From: an uncultured Actinomycetes bacterium
Lineage (GTDB): Bacteria > Actinomycetota > Actinomycetes > S36-B12 > CAIYMF01
Assembly: GCA_963843975.1 (NCBI GenBank)
Contig: CAWJMG010000003.1
Coordinates: forward strand, 2,160,001-2,192,000
Length of the DNA: 32,000 nucleotides
Reading direction: 5' to 3'
The number at the start of each line of letters is the position of its first letter. Position 1 is the stretch's first letter. Made by a program: the position numbers and the translations under genes. Shown piece after piece: positions 11,230-21,158 of the stretch. The notes under the pieces are model-generated. The model had not been told where the DNA came from and did no database searches. It was given only the letters and a program-made list of their open reading frames with translations.

Positions 11230-11258
11230 GGTGCTGACAGTGCTGGCGTTCAGGACGC

Positions 11259-11870
11259 TCAGGCCTTGTCGGTGTCCTCGGCGGCGGCCTCGTCGGCAGC
11301 CTCCTCGGTGACCTCGGCGGCCTCGGTCTCGACAGCCTCGACGGCGTCGTCCGCAGCCTCGACCTCGACGGCCTCGGGAGCGGTCTCCTCCGCGGTGACG
11401 GTCTCCTCGACGACCTCGGCAGCGGCCGGAGCGGCAGCCGTGGTCTCCTTGGCGGCCTTCTCCTTGGCAGCGCGCTTGGTCGCACCGGCAGCCTCGGCCA
11501 CGACGGCCTCGGCCAGCGGCTCGACGAGCTCGATCACGGCCATGGGCGCGTTGTCGCCCTTGCGGGGACCGATCTTGGTGATGCGGGTGTAGCCACCGGG
11601 ACGGGTCGCGTAGCGCGGGCCGATCTCGGCGAAGAGCTCGTGCACGACACCCTTGTCACGGATGACGGCGAGCACGCGACGACGCGCGTGCAGGTCGCCA
11701 CGCTTGGCGTGGGTGATGAGGCGCTCGGCCAGCGGGCGCAGGCGCTTGGCCTTGGCCTCGGTGGTCGTGATCTTGCCGTGCTCGAACAGCGCCGTGGCGA
11801 GGTTCGCGAGCATCAGCCGCTCGTGCGCCGGGCTGCCGCCGAGGCGGGCACCCTTGGTGGGGGTAGGCAT
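11259..11870 (-). CDS. rplQ: 50S ribosomal protein L17 (203 aa, with a roughly 85-aa Ala/Glu-rich C-terminal tail)
   Basis: [64 protein letters not shown]...[25 protein letters not shown], followed by a low-complexity acidic tail. Confidence 0.96.
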   Translation of the reverse strand: MPTPTKGARLGGSPAHERLMLANLATALFEHGKITTTEAKAKRLRPLAERLITHAKRGDLHARRRVLAVIRDKGVVHELFAEIGPRYATRPGGYTRITKIGPRKGDNAPMAVIELVEPLAEAVVAEAAGATKRAAKEKAAKETTAAAPAAAEVVEETVTAEETAPEAVEVEAADDAVEAVETEAAEVTEEAADEAAAEDTDKA

Positions 11871-11914
11871 GTCGAAGTCTCCTGAGGTGTCGGGTCGTCG
11901 GGGGCGTCAGCTCG

Positions 11915-12928
11915 TCAGAGCTGCTCGTCCTCGGCGTACCCCTGGTCGTCGTCGTCGTAGAAGCTGACGGCCGTGGTCGGGTCGAACCCAGGCGGGCTGT
12001 CCTTGAGCGCGAGACCCAGGGTCGCGAGCTTGGCCTTGACCTCGTCGATCGACTTCGAGCCGAAGTTGCGGATGTCGAGCAGGTCGGCCTCCGAGCGGCC
12101 GATGAGCTCGCCCACCGTGTGGATGCCCTCGCGCTTGAGGCAGTTGTACGAGCGCACCGTCAGGTCGAGCGACTCGATCGGCGTCGAGAGCTGCTCGGCG
12201 ACGAACGCGTCGGCGGGCGACGGGCCGATGTCGATGCCCTCGGCGTCGATGTTGAGCTCGCGGGCCAGGCCGAAGAGCTCGACCAGGGTCTTGCCGGCCG
12301 AGGCGACGGCGTCGCGCGGCGACATCGACTGCTTGGTCTCGACGTCGATCACGAGGCGGTCGAAGTCCGTGCGCTGCTCGACACGGGTGGCCTCGACCTT
12401 GTACGTGACCTTGAGGACCGGGCTGTAGATGGAGTCGACAGGGATGCGGCCGATCTCCTGGCCGGGCTGCTTGTTCTGCGCCGCGGAGACGTAGCCGCGG
12501 CCACGCTCGACGACGAGCTCCATCTCGAGCTTGCCCTTGTCGTTCAGGGTGGCGATGTGGAGGTCGGGGTTGTGCACCTCGACACCGGCCGGGGGCGCGA
12601 TGTCGGCGGCGGTCACAGCACCCGGGCCCTGCTTGCGCAGGTACATCACGACGGGCTCGTCGTGCTCCGAGGAGACGACCAGCTGCTTGATGTTGAGGAT
12701 GAGCTCGGTGACGTCCTCCTTGACGCCCGGCACGGTGGTGAACTCGTGCAGGACGCCGTCGATGCGGACGCTGGTGACAGCGGCACCGGGGATCGACGAC
12801 AGGAGGGTACGGCGAACGGAGTTGCCGAGGGTGTAGCCGAAACCGGGCTCGAGCGGCTCCATGATGAAGCGCGAGCGGAACTCCGAGATCGGCTCTTCGG
12901 CGAGAGTCGGACGCTGGGCGATCAGCAC
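11915..12928 (-). CDS. rpoA: DNA-directed RNA polymerase subunit alpha (337 aa)
   Basis: (V)[72 protein letters not shown]...[23 protein letters not shown] (alpha-CTD). GTG start at 12928. Confidence 0.97.
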   Translation of the reverse strand: MLIAQRPTLAEEPISEFRSRFIMEPLEPGFGYTLGNSVRRTLLSSIPGAAVTSVRIDGVLHEFTTVPGVKEDVTELILNIKQLVVSSEHDEPVVMYLRKQGPGAVTAADIAPPAGVEVHNPDLHIATLNDKGKLEMELVVERGRGYVSAAQNKQPGQEIGRIPVDSIYSPVLKVTYKVEATRVEQRTDFDRLVIDVETKQSMSPRDAVASAGKTLVELFGLARELNIDAEGIDIGPSPADAFVAEQLSTPIESLDLTVRSYNCLKREGIHTVGELIGRSEADLLDIRNFGSKSIDEVKAKLATLGLALKDSPPGFDPTTAVSFYDDDDQGYAEDEQL

Positions 12929-12996
12929 GTGGTTGTCCTTCCGAGGCGCCCGCTATTTGACGCCTGCATACAAGTGGCGGTGGTGGTGCCGGTGCC

Positions 12997-13020
12997 GGCG
13001 TCCGCCCGGAGGCGGACGCC
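12997..13020 (-). terminator. Hairpin between rpsD and rpoA (possible intra-operon attenuator)
   Basis: GGCGTCCGCC-tccg-GGCGGACGCC forms a perfect 10-bp stem 9 nt after the rpsD stop. No U-tract. Confidence 0.4.
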
Positions 13021-13028
13021 GACCCACG

Positions 13029-13655
13029 TCACTTCGAGTAGAGCTCGACGATCAGCTGCTCCTGCACCTGCGTGTCGATGACCGACCGCTCGGGCAGGGA
13101 GTGGACCAGCACGCGCATGCGCGACGGGATGACCTCGAGCCATGCGGGCACGGGGCGCTCACCGAGCTGGGCGTGGGCGACCACGAACGGCGTGAGCTCA
13201 CGGCTCGCGGCGCGGACCTCGACGATGTCGTTGGCCGAGACGCGGAAGGACGGGATGTCGACCTTCTTGCCGTTCACGGTGATGTGGCCGTGGCGGACGA
13301 GCTGACGGGCCATGTCACGGCTGGCGGCGAAGCCGGCGCGGTACACGACGTTGTCGAGGCGGGTCTCGAGGATGCGGAGAAGGTTCTCGCCGGTCTTGCC
13401 CTGCTTGCGCTGGGCCTCCTCGTAGTAACCACGGAACTGCTTCTCGAGCACGCCGTAGATGCGCGCGCACTTCTGCTTCTCGCGCTTCTGCAGCAGGTAC
13501 TCGCTGTCCTTGGTACGACCGCGGCCGTGCTGGCCGGGCGGGTAGGGACGCGACTCCATCGGGCACTTCGGCGAATCGCACTTCGCGCCCTTGAGGAACA
13601 GCTTGGTCTTCTCGCGGCGGCAGCGCTTGCAGTCCGCCCCGGTGTAACGGGCCAT
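13029..13655 (-). CDS. rpsD: 30S ribosomal protein S4 (208 aa)
   Basis: [45 protein letters not shown]...LEKQFRGYY...[15 protein letters not shown]...[21 protein letters not shown]. Confidence 0.97.
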   Translation of the reverse strand: MARYTGADCKRCRREKTKLFLKGAKCDSPKCPMESRPYPPGQHGRGRTKDSEYLLQKREKQKCARIYGVLEKQFRGYYEEAQRKQGKTGENLLRILETRLDNVVYRAGFAASRDMARQLVRHGHITVNGKKVDIPSFRVSANDIVEVRAASRELTPFVVAHAQLGERPVPAWLEVIPSRMRVLVHSLPERSVIDTQVQEQLIVELYSK

Positions 13656-13680
13656 GGTGGGAAAGTCTCTCTCTCGCGGG

Positions 13681-14088
13681 TCAGACGCGGCGGCGCTTGG
13701 GCGGGCGGCAGCCGTTGTGCGGGCTGGGGGTGACGTCCTGGATCGTGCCGACCTCGAGGCCCGTCGCCTGCAGCGAACGGATCGCGGTCTCGCGGCCCGA
13801 ACCCGGGCCCTTCACGAAGACGTCGACCTTCTTCATGCCGTGCTCCATGGCACGGCGGGCAGCCGCCTCAGCGGCGAGCTGGGCGGCGAAGGGCGTGCTC
13901 TTGCGCGAGCCCTTGAAGCCCACCTGACCCGACGAGGCCCAGGCGATCACAGCACCGGTCGGGTCCGTGATCGAGACGATCGTGTTGTTGAACGTGCTCT
14001 TGATGTGCGCGTGGCCGAGGGCCACGTTCTTCTTCTCCTTGCGGCGCACCTTCTTGGCGCCCGCAGCCGTACGGCTCTTGGGAGGCAT
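13681..14088 (-). CDS. rpsK: 30S ribosomal protein S11 (135 aa)
   Basis: ...[50 protein letters not shown]...[48 protein letters not shown]. Confidence 0.97.
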   Translation of the reverse strand: MPPKSRTAAGAKKVRRKEKKNVALGHAHIKSTFNNTIVSITDPTGAVIAWASSGQVGFKGSRKSTPFAAQLAAEAAARRAMEHGMKKVDVFVKGPGSGRETAIRSLQATGLEVGTIQDVTPSPHNGCRPPKRRRV

Positions 14089-14158
14089 CGACTATCCGTT
14101 CTGGTTGAGGTCATCGGCCCTTCGGTCGCGGCATCTGTGCCGCAGGACCGTCGGACTA

Positions 14159-14539
14159 CTACTTCTTGCCGACCTTCTTCTTGCCGGCCACGGTCTTCTT
14201 CGGGCCCTTGCGGGTGCGCGCGTTGGTGTGCGTGCGCTGCCCGCGGACCGGGAGGCCGCGGCGGTGCCGAAGGCCCTGGTAGCAACCGATCTCCACCTTG
14301 CGGCGGATGTCAGCGGCGACCTCGCGACGGAGGTCGCCCTCGGTCTTGTAGTTGGCCTCGAGCCAGTCGCGCAGCTTGATCAGGTCCTCGTCGGAGAGGT
14401 CCTTCACGCGGACGTCCGGGCTGATGCCGGTGGCGTCGAGCGTCTGCTGAGCACGGGTCTTGCCGACCCCGTAGATGTAGGTGAGCGCAACCTCGAGCCG
14501 CTTGTCGCGGGGGAGGTCGACGCCGACGAGACGTGCCAT
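14159..14539 (-). CDS. rpsM: 30S ribosomal protein S13 (126 aa)
   Basis: [53 protein letters not shown]...[28 protein letters not shown] at 14539 inside track ORF 14159..14644. Confidence 0.96.
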   Translation of the reverse strand: MARLVGVDLPRDKRLEVALTYIYGVGKTRAQQTLDATGISPDVRVKDLSDEDLIKLRDWLEANYKTEGDLRREVAADIRRKVEIGCYQGLRHRRGLPVRGQRTHTNARTRKGPKKTVAGKKKVGKK

Positions 14540-14718
14540 CGGGCGGTTTCTCTCTTCCAGTTTCGTCCGGAGGTCTCGGAGCAGTACCGGTCCCACCCGC
14601 CTAGGTGGGTCCTCGGCCTCCGGGCCGAGGGTGGCGTCCCGCACGCGGCACGTGGGCTGCGCGGGGGTCGGGTACTGCGTGTGCTGGTGCGACGACCGGG
14701 ATCACTCCCGGCCTGCGA

Positions 14719-14832
14719 TCAGCCCTGACGCTGCTTGTGGCGCGGGTTCTCGCAGATGACCATGACCCGGCCGTGACGGCGGATCACCTTGCACTTGTCG
14801 CAGATCTTCTTGACGCTCGGGTTGACCTTCAT
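14719..14832 (-). CDS. rpmJ: 50S ribosomal protein L36 (37 aa, Cys/His zinc-ribbon form)
   Basis: Too short for the ORF track. My translation of the minus strand gives [37 protein letters not shown], then a stop. Confidence 0.93.
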   Translation of the reverse strand: MKVNPSVKKICDKCKVIRRHGRVMVICENPRHKQRQG

Positions 14833-14944
14833 CGATCTCTCCACGGGTGCTCGTGCCAGGCGGCGTTCGCGCCCGTGCGGCTAGGGATGGACAGGGTGGT
14901 CTGGTGGTCGTCAGCCGGGGCGCCGAGGCGTCCGACCTGGACCG

Positions 14945-15166
14945 TCACTTGTAGCGGTAGACGATCCGGCCACGGGTCAGGTCGTAGGGCGAGAGCTCCA
15001 CGACGACCCGGTCATCGGGGAGGATCCGGATGTAGTGCATCCGCATCTTCCCGCTGATGTGCGCGAGGACCTTGTGCCCGTTGTCGAGCTCCACCCGGAA
15101 CATGGCGTTCGGGAGAGACTCCGTGATCGTGCCTTCGAGCTCGATGGCACCGTCTTTCTTGGGCAT
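14945..15166 (-). CDS. infA: Translation initiation factor IF-1 (73 aa)
   Basis: [73 protein letters not shown]. Confidence 0.98.
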   Translation of the reverse strand: MPKKDGAIELEGTITESLPNAMFRVELDNGHKVLAHISGKMRMHYIRILPDDRVVVELSPYDLTRGRIVYRYK

Positions 15167-15385
15167 GTCCTCGCACTTCGTCCGTATCGGCTGCGTTACC
15201 TTGGCGACTCGCTGCGACGCTCCCCGCGCTGCTCACAGGCCTGCGAGGCAGGTCCGTGGGCGTGACGGGTCGCGACTCATGTGAGCCGAGGAGCGAGTCT
15301 ACGCCAGGGAGCCCCTCGGGGACTAATCCGGTGATCATGGCCCGTCCGGCGGCGACAAACCGGGCATTCCGGGCGCGGGAAAGCC

Positions 15386-16223
15386 TCAGGCGCGGTCGGC
15401 GGCCGGGCTCGGGACGCCGAGAGCGGCGAATCGGGCCGCTCCCCCGTCCAGCGCCGTCAGCACCCAGGGCCCCTCGGGCGTGATGGCCACCGTGTGCTCC
15501 CAGTGGCAGGCCCGCTGCCCGTCCTGGGTGACGACGGTCCAGTCGTCCTCCAGCGTGCGGGTGAGGCGGCCGCCGGCGCACACCATGGGCTCGATCGCGA
15601 GGGCCATGCCGGGCACCAGGGCCGGGCTCTTGCCGCCGTGGTCGTAGTTGGGGACGTTCGGCTCCATGTGCATCGAGGTCCCGATGCCGTGGCCGACGTA
15701 CTCCTCGACGATGCCGTAGTCGTCCCCGCCCGGCTGGGCCCGCACGTAGGCCTCGACGGCGATGCCGATGTCGCGGACGGTGCTGCCGGCCACCGCGGCC
15801 GCGAGGCCGCGCCAGAGGGCCTCCTCGGTCACGCGGGAGAGCTCGGTGTCGGCGGCGGAGACCTCGCCGACCGGCACCGTGATCGCCGCGTCTCCGTGCC
15901 ATCCGGAGACGATCGCGCCGCAGTCGATCGAGATCTGGTCGCCGTCGAGCAGGACGCGGTCGCCGGGGATCCCGTGGACGACCTCGTCGTTGACCGACGC
16001 GCAGATCGACGCCGGGTAGCCGTGGTAGCCGAGGAACGACGGCACCGCGCCCGAGGTGCGGATCGACTCCTCGGCGATGGCGTCGAGGTCGCGGGTCGTC
16101 ATGCCCGGGCGGACGCGCGTGCGCAGGCAGCTCGAGGGTGCGACCGACGACGAGCCCGGCCTCGCGCATGAGCAGGATCTGCTCGGGCGTCTTGACCTCG
16201 ATGCGGTCCTTGCGGCGGAACAT
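15386..16223 (-). pseudogene. map: Type I methionine aminopeptidase (about 278 aa) interrupted by a 1-nt insertion near 16126-16127
   Basis: The N-terminus is in the frame of track ORF 15012..16223: MFRRKDRIEVKTPEQILLMREAGLVVGRTLEL. The rest is in track ORF 15386..16102, whose frame read upstream gives LRTRVRPGMTTRDLDAIAEESIRTSGAVPSFLGYHGYPASICASVNDEVVHGIP...DCGAIVSGWHGDAA...GHGIGTSMHMEP...GMALAIEP...HWEHTVAIT. Frames rejoin if one c is removed from gagctgcctgcgc. Confidence 0.9.
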
Positions 16224-16231
16224 GCCGGAGA

Positions 16232-16798
16232 TCAGGCCTGGAGCGCGGCGAGGACCCGGCCGGTGACGTCCTCCACCGAGCCCATGCCGTCGACCTGCAC
16301 GAGCAGGCCCTGGTCGGCGTAGACGGCGGTGAGCGGTGCGGTCTGCTCGAAGTAGATCTCGAGACGACGGCGCACGACGTCCTCGGTGTCGTCGCTGCGG
16401 CCCTGCTCGGCTGCCCGCTTGAGCAGGCGGCCGACGACCTCGTCGACGTCGACGGTCAGCTCGATCACGTGGTCGATCGCGGTGCCGTGCTCGGCGAGCA
16501 TGCCCGCGAGCTCGTCCACCTGGGCCACCGTGCGCGGGTAGCCGTCCAGGAGGAACCCGGGCTCGGCGTCCGGCTGCGCGAGGCGGTCGCGGACCATGGC
16601 GTTGGTGACGGAGTCCGGCACGTACTCGCCGGCGTCCATGTAGCGCTTGGCCTCGACGCCGAGGGGGGTGCCCTCGGTGACGTTGGCCCGGAAGATGTCG
16701 CCCGTCGAGACGTGCGGGATTCCGAGGCGCGCGGCGATGACGACGGCCTGGGTTCCCTTGCCGGCCCCCGGGGGGCCCATCAGGACGACTCTGCTCAA
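16232..16798 (-). CDS. adk: Adenylate kinase (188 aa)
   Basis: (TTG)SRVVLMGPPGAGKGTQAVVIAARLGIPHVSTGDIFRANV...YMDAGEYVPDSVTNAMV...GFLLDGYPRTVAQ.... The TTG start at 16798 overlaps the secY stop as TTGA and is the only start that keeps the beta-strand before the P-loop. Confidence 0.9.
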   Translation of the reverse strand: MSRVVLMGPPGAGKGTQAVVIAARLGIPHVSTGDIFRANVTEGTPLGVEAKRYMDAGEYVPDSVTNAMVRDRLAQPDAEPGFLLDGYPRTVAQVDELAGMLAEHGTAIDHVIELTVDVDEVVGRLLKRAAEQGRSDDTEDVVRRRLEIYFEQTAPLTAVYADQGLLVQVDGMGSVEDVTGRVLAALQA

Positions 16799-18090
16799 CG
16801 AAGGAACCCCTCGTAGTTGCGCTGCTGGAGCTGGGACTCGATCTGCTTCACCGTATCGAGGCCCACTCCCACCATGATCAGCAGGGAGGTGCCGCCGAAG
16901 ATGAAGCGCTGACCGACGCCCAGGAAGGCGAACGCCACGAACGGGATGATCGCGATGACCGCGAGGTACAGCGCTCCCGGAAGCGTGATGCGGGTGAGCA
17001 CGTAGTCGAGGTACTCGGCGGTCGGCTTGCCGGCACGGATGCCGGGCACGAACCCGCCGTACTGCTTCATGTTGTCGGCGACCTCGACCGGGTTGAACGT
17101 GATCGCGACGTAGAAGTACGTGAAGAAGATGATGAGCAGGAAGTACGCCAGCAGGTACAGGGGCTCCTCGCCGCGCGAGAAGTTCTGCAGCACCCACTGC
17201 GCCACCGAGCCCTGGCTGCCCGACAGCTGCACGATGAGCTGCGGCACGTAGAGCAGCGATGAGGCGAAGATGACCGGGATGACGCCGGCCATGTTGACCT
17301 TGAGCGGGATGTAGGTGCTGGTGCCGCCGTACATCCGCCGGCCGACCATGCGCTTGGCGTACTGCACCGGGATGCGGCGCTGCGCCTGCTCGACGTAGAC
17401 CACGCCGGCGATCGTGGCGATGCCGACGAGCAGCACCATCGCGAACGTGAAGATGCCGTTGATGGTCCAGATCTGCCAGAGCTGGCCGGGGAACGTCGAG
17501 ATGATCGACGTGAAGATCAGCAGCGACATGCCGTTGCCGACGCCGCGGTCGGTGATGAGCTCGCCGAGCCACATGATGACGGCCGTGCCCGCGGTCATGA
17601 CGAGGATCATCTGCAGGATCAGGATGATCGACTCGTTGACCAGCAGGGTCTCCGAGCAGCCGGAGAACAGGCGCCCGGGGACGCGAGCGAGCGCCACGAT
17701 GCCGGTCGACTGCAGGATCGCCAGCGCCACCGTGAGGTAGCGGGTGTACTGAGTCAGCTTGGCCTGGCCGGACTGGCCCTCCTGGCGCAAGGACTCCAGA
17801 CGCGGGATCACGACGGTGAGCAGCTGGATGATGATCGACGCCGTGATGTACGGCATGATCCCCAGCGCGAAGACCGACAGCTTCAGCAGCGCTCCGCCGC
17901 TGAAGAGGTTGATCATCCCGTACAGCGAGTTGTCCTGGACCTGCTCGATGCATCGCTGGATGGCTGTGTAGTCCACACCCGGGGTCGGCACGACCGACCC
18001 GAGGCGGAACAGCGCGATGATCCCGAGGGTGAACAGAAGCTTCTTGCGCAGGTCCGGCGTACGGAACGCCGACGCGAACGCGGAAAGCAC
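16795..18090 (-). CDS. secY: Preprotein translocase subunit SecY (431 aa)
   Basis: (V)LSAFASAFRTPDLRKKLLFTLGIIALFRLGSVVPTPGVD...NLFSGGALLKLSVFALGIMPYITASIIIQLL...GFVPGIRAGKPTAEYL.... GTG at 18090 has AGGAGG 6 nt upstream. Confidence 0.97.
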   Translation of the reverse strand: MLSAFASAFRTPDLRKKLLFTLGIIALFRLGSVVPTPGVDYTAIQRCIEQVQDNSLYGMINLFSGGALLKLSVFALGIMPYITASIIIQLLTVVIPRLESLRQEGQSGQAKLTQYTRYLTVALAILQSTGIVALARVPGRLFSGCSETLLVNESIILILQMILVMTAGTAVIMWLGELITDRGVGNGMSLLIFTSIISTFPGQLWQIWTINGIFTFAMVLLVGIATIAGVVYVEQAQRRIPVQYAKRMVGRRMYGGTSTYIPLKVNMAGVIPVIFASSLLYVPQLIVQLSGSQGSVAQWVLQNFSRGEEPLYLLAYFLLIIFFTYFYVAITFNPVEVADNMKQYGGFVPGIRAGKPTAEYLDYVLTRITLPGALYLAVIAIIPFVAFAFLGVGQRFIFGGTSLLIMVGVGLDTVKQIESQLQQRNYEGFLR

Positions 18091-18218
18091 GAGCCCCTCC
18101 TGGTGGACACCCGACCGGGGTCCTGTGTGACGTCGATCCGGCCGCGCGGCCGTGCGCCGCGCGGTGCAGTGCGCGCCCGAGGGAGACCCCCAGGCTTCGT
18201 GAGCCTAACAGCCGAAGC

Positions 18219-18265
18219 GAGAGGGGCGCCCCGGGCGTCTATGACGACGTCGGGACGCCCCTCTC
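18219..18265 (-). terminator. Long hairpin in the rplO-secY spacer (terminator or attenuator candidate)
   Basis: The minus strand reads GAGAGGGGCG-t-CCCG...CGGG-g-CGCCCCTCTC: 10 bp, one mismatch, then 4 bp. It starts 26 nt after the rplO stop. A second stem, GCTTCG...CGAAGC (18194-18218), follows. No U-tract. Confidence 0.4.
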
Positions 18266-18291
18266 GGTGGCTCGCGCCTCGGTGCGAAGGC

Positions 18292-18732
18292 CTACAGCTC
18301 GGTGGTCGAGCCGCCGGCCGACGCGATCTTGCTCTTCGCGACGTCGGAGAAGGCGTGCGCGCTGATCTGCAGCTTCACGCTGATCTCGCCGTTGCCGAGG
18401 ACCTTCACGGGCTGGTTCTTGCGAACCGCGCCGGCAGCGACCAGCTCGTCGACGCCCACGGTGCCGCCCTCGGGGAAGAGGGTGGCGAGCTGGGCGACGT
18501 TGACGACCTGGAACTCGACCTTGTTCGGGTTCTTGAAGCCCTTGAGCTTGGGCAGCCGCATGTGCAGCGGCATCTGCCCGCCCTCGAAGGACGCGGGAAC
18601 CTGGTAGCGGGCCTTGGTGCCCTTGGTGCCGCGACCGGAGGTCTTGCCCTTGGACGCCTCACCACGACCCACACGGGTCTTGGCAGTCTTGGCGCCCGGT
18701 GCCGGGCGCAGGTGGTGGACCTTGAGAGTCAT
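18292..18732 (-). CDS. rplO: 50S ribosomal protein L15 (146 aa)
   Basis: [69 protein letters not shown].... ATG at 18732 inside track ORF 18292..18786. Confidence 0.96.
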   Translation of the reverse strand: MTLKVHHLRPAPGAKTAKTRVGRGEASKGKTSGRGTKGTKARYQVPASFEGGQMPLHMRLPKLKGFKNPNKVEFQVVNVAQLATLFPEGGTVGVDELVAAGAVRKNQPVKVLGNGEISVKLQISAHAFSDVAKSKIASAGGSTTEL

Positions 18733-18733
18733 G

Positions 18734-18916
18734 TCAGTCGACCTCCTCGACCTTGACGAGGTGGGAGACGACATTGACCATCCCACGGATCTCGGGACGG
18801 TCCTCCTTCACCACGACGTCACCGATGCGCTTGAGCCCCAGCGAACGCAGGGAGTCGCGCTGGTTCTGCTTGCCGCCGATCTCCGAACGGAGCTGCGTGA
18901 CCTTGAGCCGAGCCAT
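18734..18916 (-). CDS. rpmD: 50S ribosomal protein L30 (60 aa)
   Basis: [60 protein letters not shown]. The ATG at 18916 overlaps the rpsE stop as ATGA. Confidence 0.96.
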   Translation of the reverse strand: MARLKVTQLRSEIGGKQNQRDSLRSLGLKRIGDVVVKEDRPEIRGMVNVVSHLVKVEEVD

Positions 18917-19527
18917 CACGCACCCGCCAGACCAGCAGCACGGGCGCGCAGGAGCGCGGCCGGGGCGACGTCCTCGAGGGGCAGGCCACGGCGGGCCGCC
19001 ACCTCCTCGGGACGCTCGAGGCCCTTGAGGGCCGCGACCGTCGCGTGGACGACGTTGATCGCGTTGTCCGAGCCGAGCGACTTGCTCAGCACGTCGTGGA
19101 TGCCGGCGCACTCCAGCACGGCGCGCACGGGACCACCGGCGATGACACCGGTACCCGGGGCGGCGGGACGCAGCAGGACGACGCCCGCAGCGGCCTCACC
19201 GGTGATCGGGTGAGGGATCGTGCCCTGGATCCGGGGAACCTTGAAGAAGTTCTTCTTGGCCTCCTCGACACCCTTGGCGATCGCCGCGGGCACCTCCTTG
19301 GCCTTCCCGTACCCGACGCCGACCGTGCCGTCGCCGTCGCCCACGACCACCAGGGCCGTGAAGCTGAAGCGACGACCGCCCTTGACGACCTTGGCCACGC
19401 GGTTGATCGTGACGACGCGCTCGACGAAGGCGGACTTCTCCGCCACGGGACCCTTGCCGTCGCGTCGATCGCGACCGCCCCGCTCGTTGCCGCCGGCGCC
19501 GCCTCCGCGGCGCTGGGCTGCAGCCAT
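18916..19527 (-). CDS. rpsE: 30S ribosomal protein S5 (203 aa, with an Arg/Gly-rich N-terminal extension)
   Basis: [24 protein letters not shown]...[59 protein letters not shown]...[22 protein letters not shown].... ATG at 19527. Confidence 0.96.
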   Translation of the reverse strand: MAAAQRRGGGAGGNERGGRDRRDGKGPVAEKSAFVERVVTINRVAKVVKGGRRFSFTALVVVGDGDGTVGVGYGKAKEVPAAIAKGVEEAKKNFFKVPRIQGTIPHPITGEAAAGVVLLRPAAPGTGVIAGGPVRAVLECAGIHDVLSKSLGSDNAINVVHATVAALKGLERPEEVAARRGLPLEDVAPAALLRARAAGLAGA

Positions 19528-19559
19528 GACTACCTCTTCCTTCGTATTCGTCGTTCGCG

Positions 19560-19941
19560 TCAGAACGCGAGGCCGCCCTCGCGGGCGCCGTCGGCGAGGG
19601 CCGCGACGCGGCCGTGGTACTTGTTGCCACCGCGGTCGAAGACCACGGTGTCGATGCCGGCGGACTTGGCGCGCTCGGCGACCAGCTCGCCCGACCTTCT
19701 TGGCCTTCGCGCTCTTGTCACCGTCGAACGCACGGAGGTCGGCCTCCATGGTCGAGGCGTACGCGAGCGTGGTGCCCGCCGCGTCGTCGACGACCTGAAC
19801 GAACAGGTGACGGGCGGAACGGCTGACGACCAGGCGCGGACGAGCCGCCGAGCCGGTGACCTTCTTGCGGACCCGGGTGTGGCGACGCTTGCGCGCCACC
19901 GCCTTCTTGTTGCCCGAGCCGAGCTTGGTGACGATGGGCAT
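19560..19941 (-). pseudogene. rplR: 50S ribosomal protein L18 (about 126 aa) interrupted by a 1-nt insertion near 19690-19692
   Basis: The frame from ATG 19941 reads [84 protein letters not shown], then becomes nonsense and runs into rpsE. Removing one g from gtcgggcgagctg restores [42 protein letters not shown] with a stop at 19560. Confidence 0.92.
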
Positions 19942-19943
19942 GG

Positions 19944-20483
19944 TTACTTACCCGCCTTTCCGGCCTTGCGGCGGATGACCTCGCCGTCGTAGCGCACACC
20001 CTTGCCCTTGTACGGGTCGGGCTTGCGCAGCTTGCGCAGCTTGGCGGCGACCTCGCCGACCTGCTGCTTGTCGATGCCGGAGACGGAGAACTTGGTGGGG
20101 CTCTCCACGGCGAACGAGATGCCCTCGGGCGCCTCGATGAGGATGGGGTGGCTGTAGCCGAGGGCGAACTCGAGGTCCGTGCCCTTGGCGACGACGCGGT
20201 AACCCGTGCCCGAGATCTCCAGCGCCTTGGTGTAGCCGTCGGTCACGCCGACGACCATGTTCGACACCAGGGTGCGGGTGAGACCGTGGAGCGAGCGCGA
20301 CATGCGCTCGTCGTTGGGACGGGTGACGGCGAGAGTGCCGTCCTCGTCCTTGGCGACCACGATGGGGCTGGCGACCTCGTGCGTGAGGGTGCCCTTGGGG
20401 CCCTTCACCGTGACCGTGGACCCGTCGATGTCGACGGAGACGCCGGACGGGACGGAGATGGGCAGACGACCGATGCGCGACAT
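19944..20483 (-). CDS. rplF: 50S ribosomal protein L6 (179 aa)
   Basis: [37 protein letters not shown]...[32 protein letters not shown]...[26 protein letters not shown]. Confidence 0.97.
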   Translation of the reverse strand: MSRIGRLPISVPSGVSVDIDGSTVTVKGPKGTLTHEVASPIVVAKDEDGTLAVTRPNDERMSRSLHGLTRTLVSNMVVGVTDGYTKALEISGTGYRVVAKGTDLEFALGYSHPILIEAPEGISFAVESPTKFSVSGIDKQQVGEVAAKLRKLRKPDPYKGKGVRYDGEVIRRKAGKAGK

Positions 20484-20501
20484 GCTTGGTACTCCTTCCC
20501 G

Positions 20502-20900
20502 CTACCAGACGTAGGCGAGGACTTCCCCGCCTACACCCTTCTTGGCGGCCTGCTTGTCAGTGAGCAGACCGGACGACGTGGAGATGATCGCGACACCCAG
20601 GCCACCGAGGACCTTGGGCAGCGCGGTGCTCTTCGCGTACACGCGCAGACCAGGCTTGGACACGCGGCGGACGCCGGCGATCGAGCGCTCGCGGCTCGGG
20701 CCGAACTTGAGATCGAGCACGAGGCTCTTGCCGACCTCGGCGTCCTCGACGCGCCAGCCGGCGATGTAGCCCTCCTGCTTGAGGATCTCGGCGATACCAG
20801 CCTTGATCTTCGAGTGGGGCATCACGACTGCGTCGTGGTACGCCGTGTTGGCGTTGCGCAGACGCGTGAGCATGTCTGCGATCGGGTCAGTCATCGTCAT
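20502..20900 (-). CDS. rpsH: 30S ribosomal protein S8 (132 aa)
   Basis: [53 protein letters not shown]...[53 protein letters not shown] at 20900. Confidence 0.97.
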   Translation of the reverse strand: MTMTDPIADMLTRLRNANTAYHDAVVMPHSKIKAGIAEILKQEGYIAGWRVEDAEVGKSLVLDLKFGPSRERSIAGVRRVSKPGLRVYAKSTALPKVLGGLGVAIISTSSGLLTDKQAAKKGVGGEVLAYVW

Positions 20901-20970
20901 GGCCGAAGGGCCTCTCTCACCGTGGTATCCCGCTCGTACCTCGAGCAGGACCTGCGGCGTCGGGGGGTTG

Positions 20971-21156
20971 TTACCAGGAGCTCTTGGTGATGCCCGGCAG
21001 CTCGCCGGCGTGCGCCATCTCGCGAAGGCAGATGCGGCAGAGGCCGAACTTCCGGTAGACCGAGTGCGGACGGCCGCAACGGTTGCACCGGGTGTAGCCA
21101 CGGACGGCGAACTTGGGCTTCTTGTTCGCCTTGTTGATCAGAGCAGTCTTCGCCAC
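20971..21156 (-). CDS. rpsN: 30S ribosomal protein S14, short zinc-binding type Z (61 aa)
   Basis: (V)[60 protein letters not shown], with the CxxC...CxxC motif. GTG start at 21156. Confidence 0.96.
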   Translation of the reverse strand: MAKTALINKANKKPKFAVRGYTRCNRCGRPHSVYRKFGLCRICLREMAHAGELPGITKSSW

Positions 21157-21158
21157 GG

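Noticed and set aside
15167-15385. A small gene or sRNA in the 219-nt map-infA spacer.
   Set aside because: I found no ORF with an RBS and no recognisable RNA family. The only features are a weak promoter-like TAGACT and a small CCCC-ga-GGGG stem, which fit an ordinary infA promoter and leader.
20971-21156. Zinc-independent (C-minus) paralogue switching for S14 or L36.
   Set aside because: Both copies here are the Cys-containing zinc-binding forms in their canonical operon positions. No C-minus paralogues or Zur-box-like sequences are present in this window.
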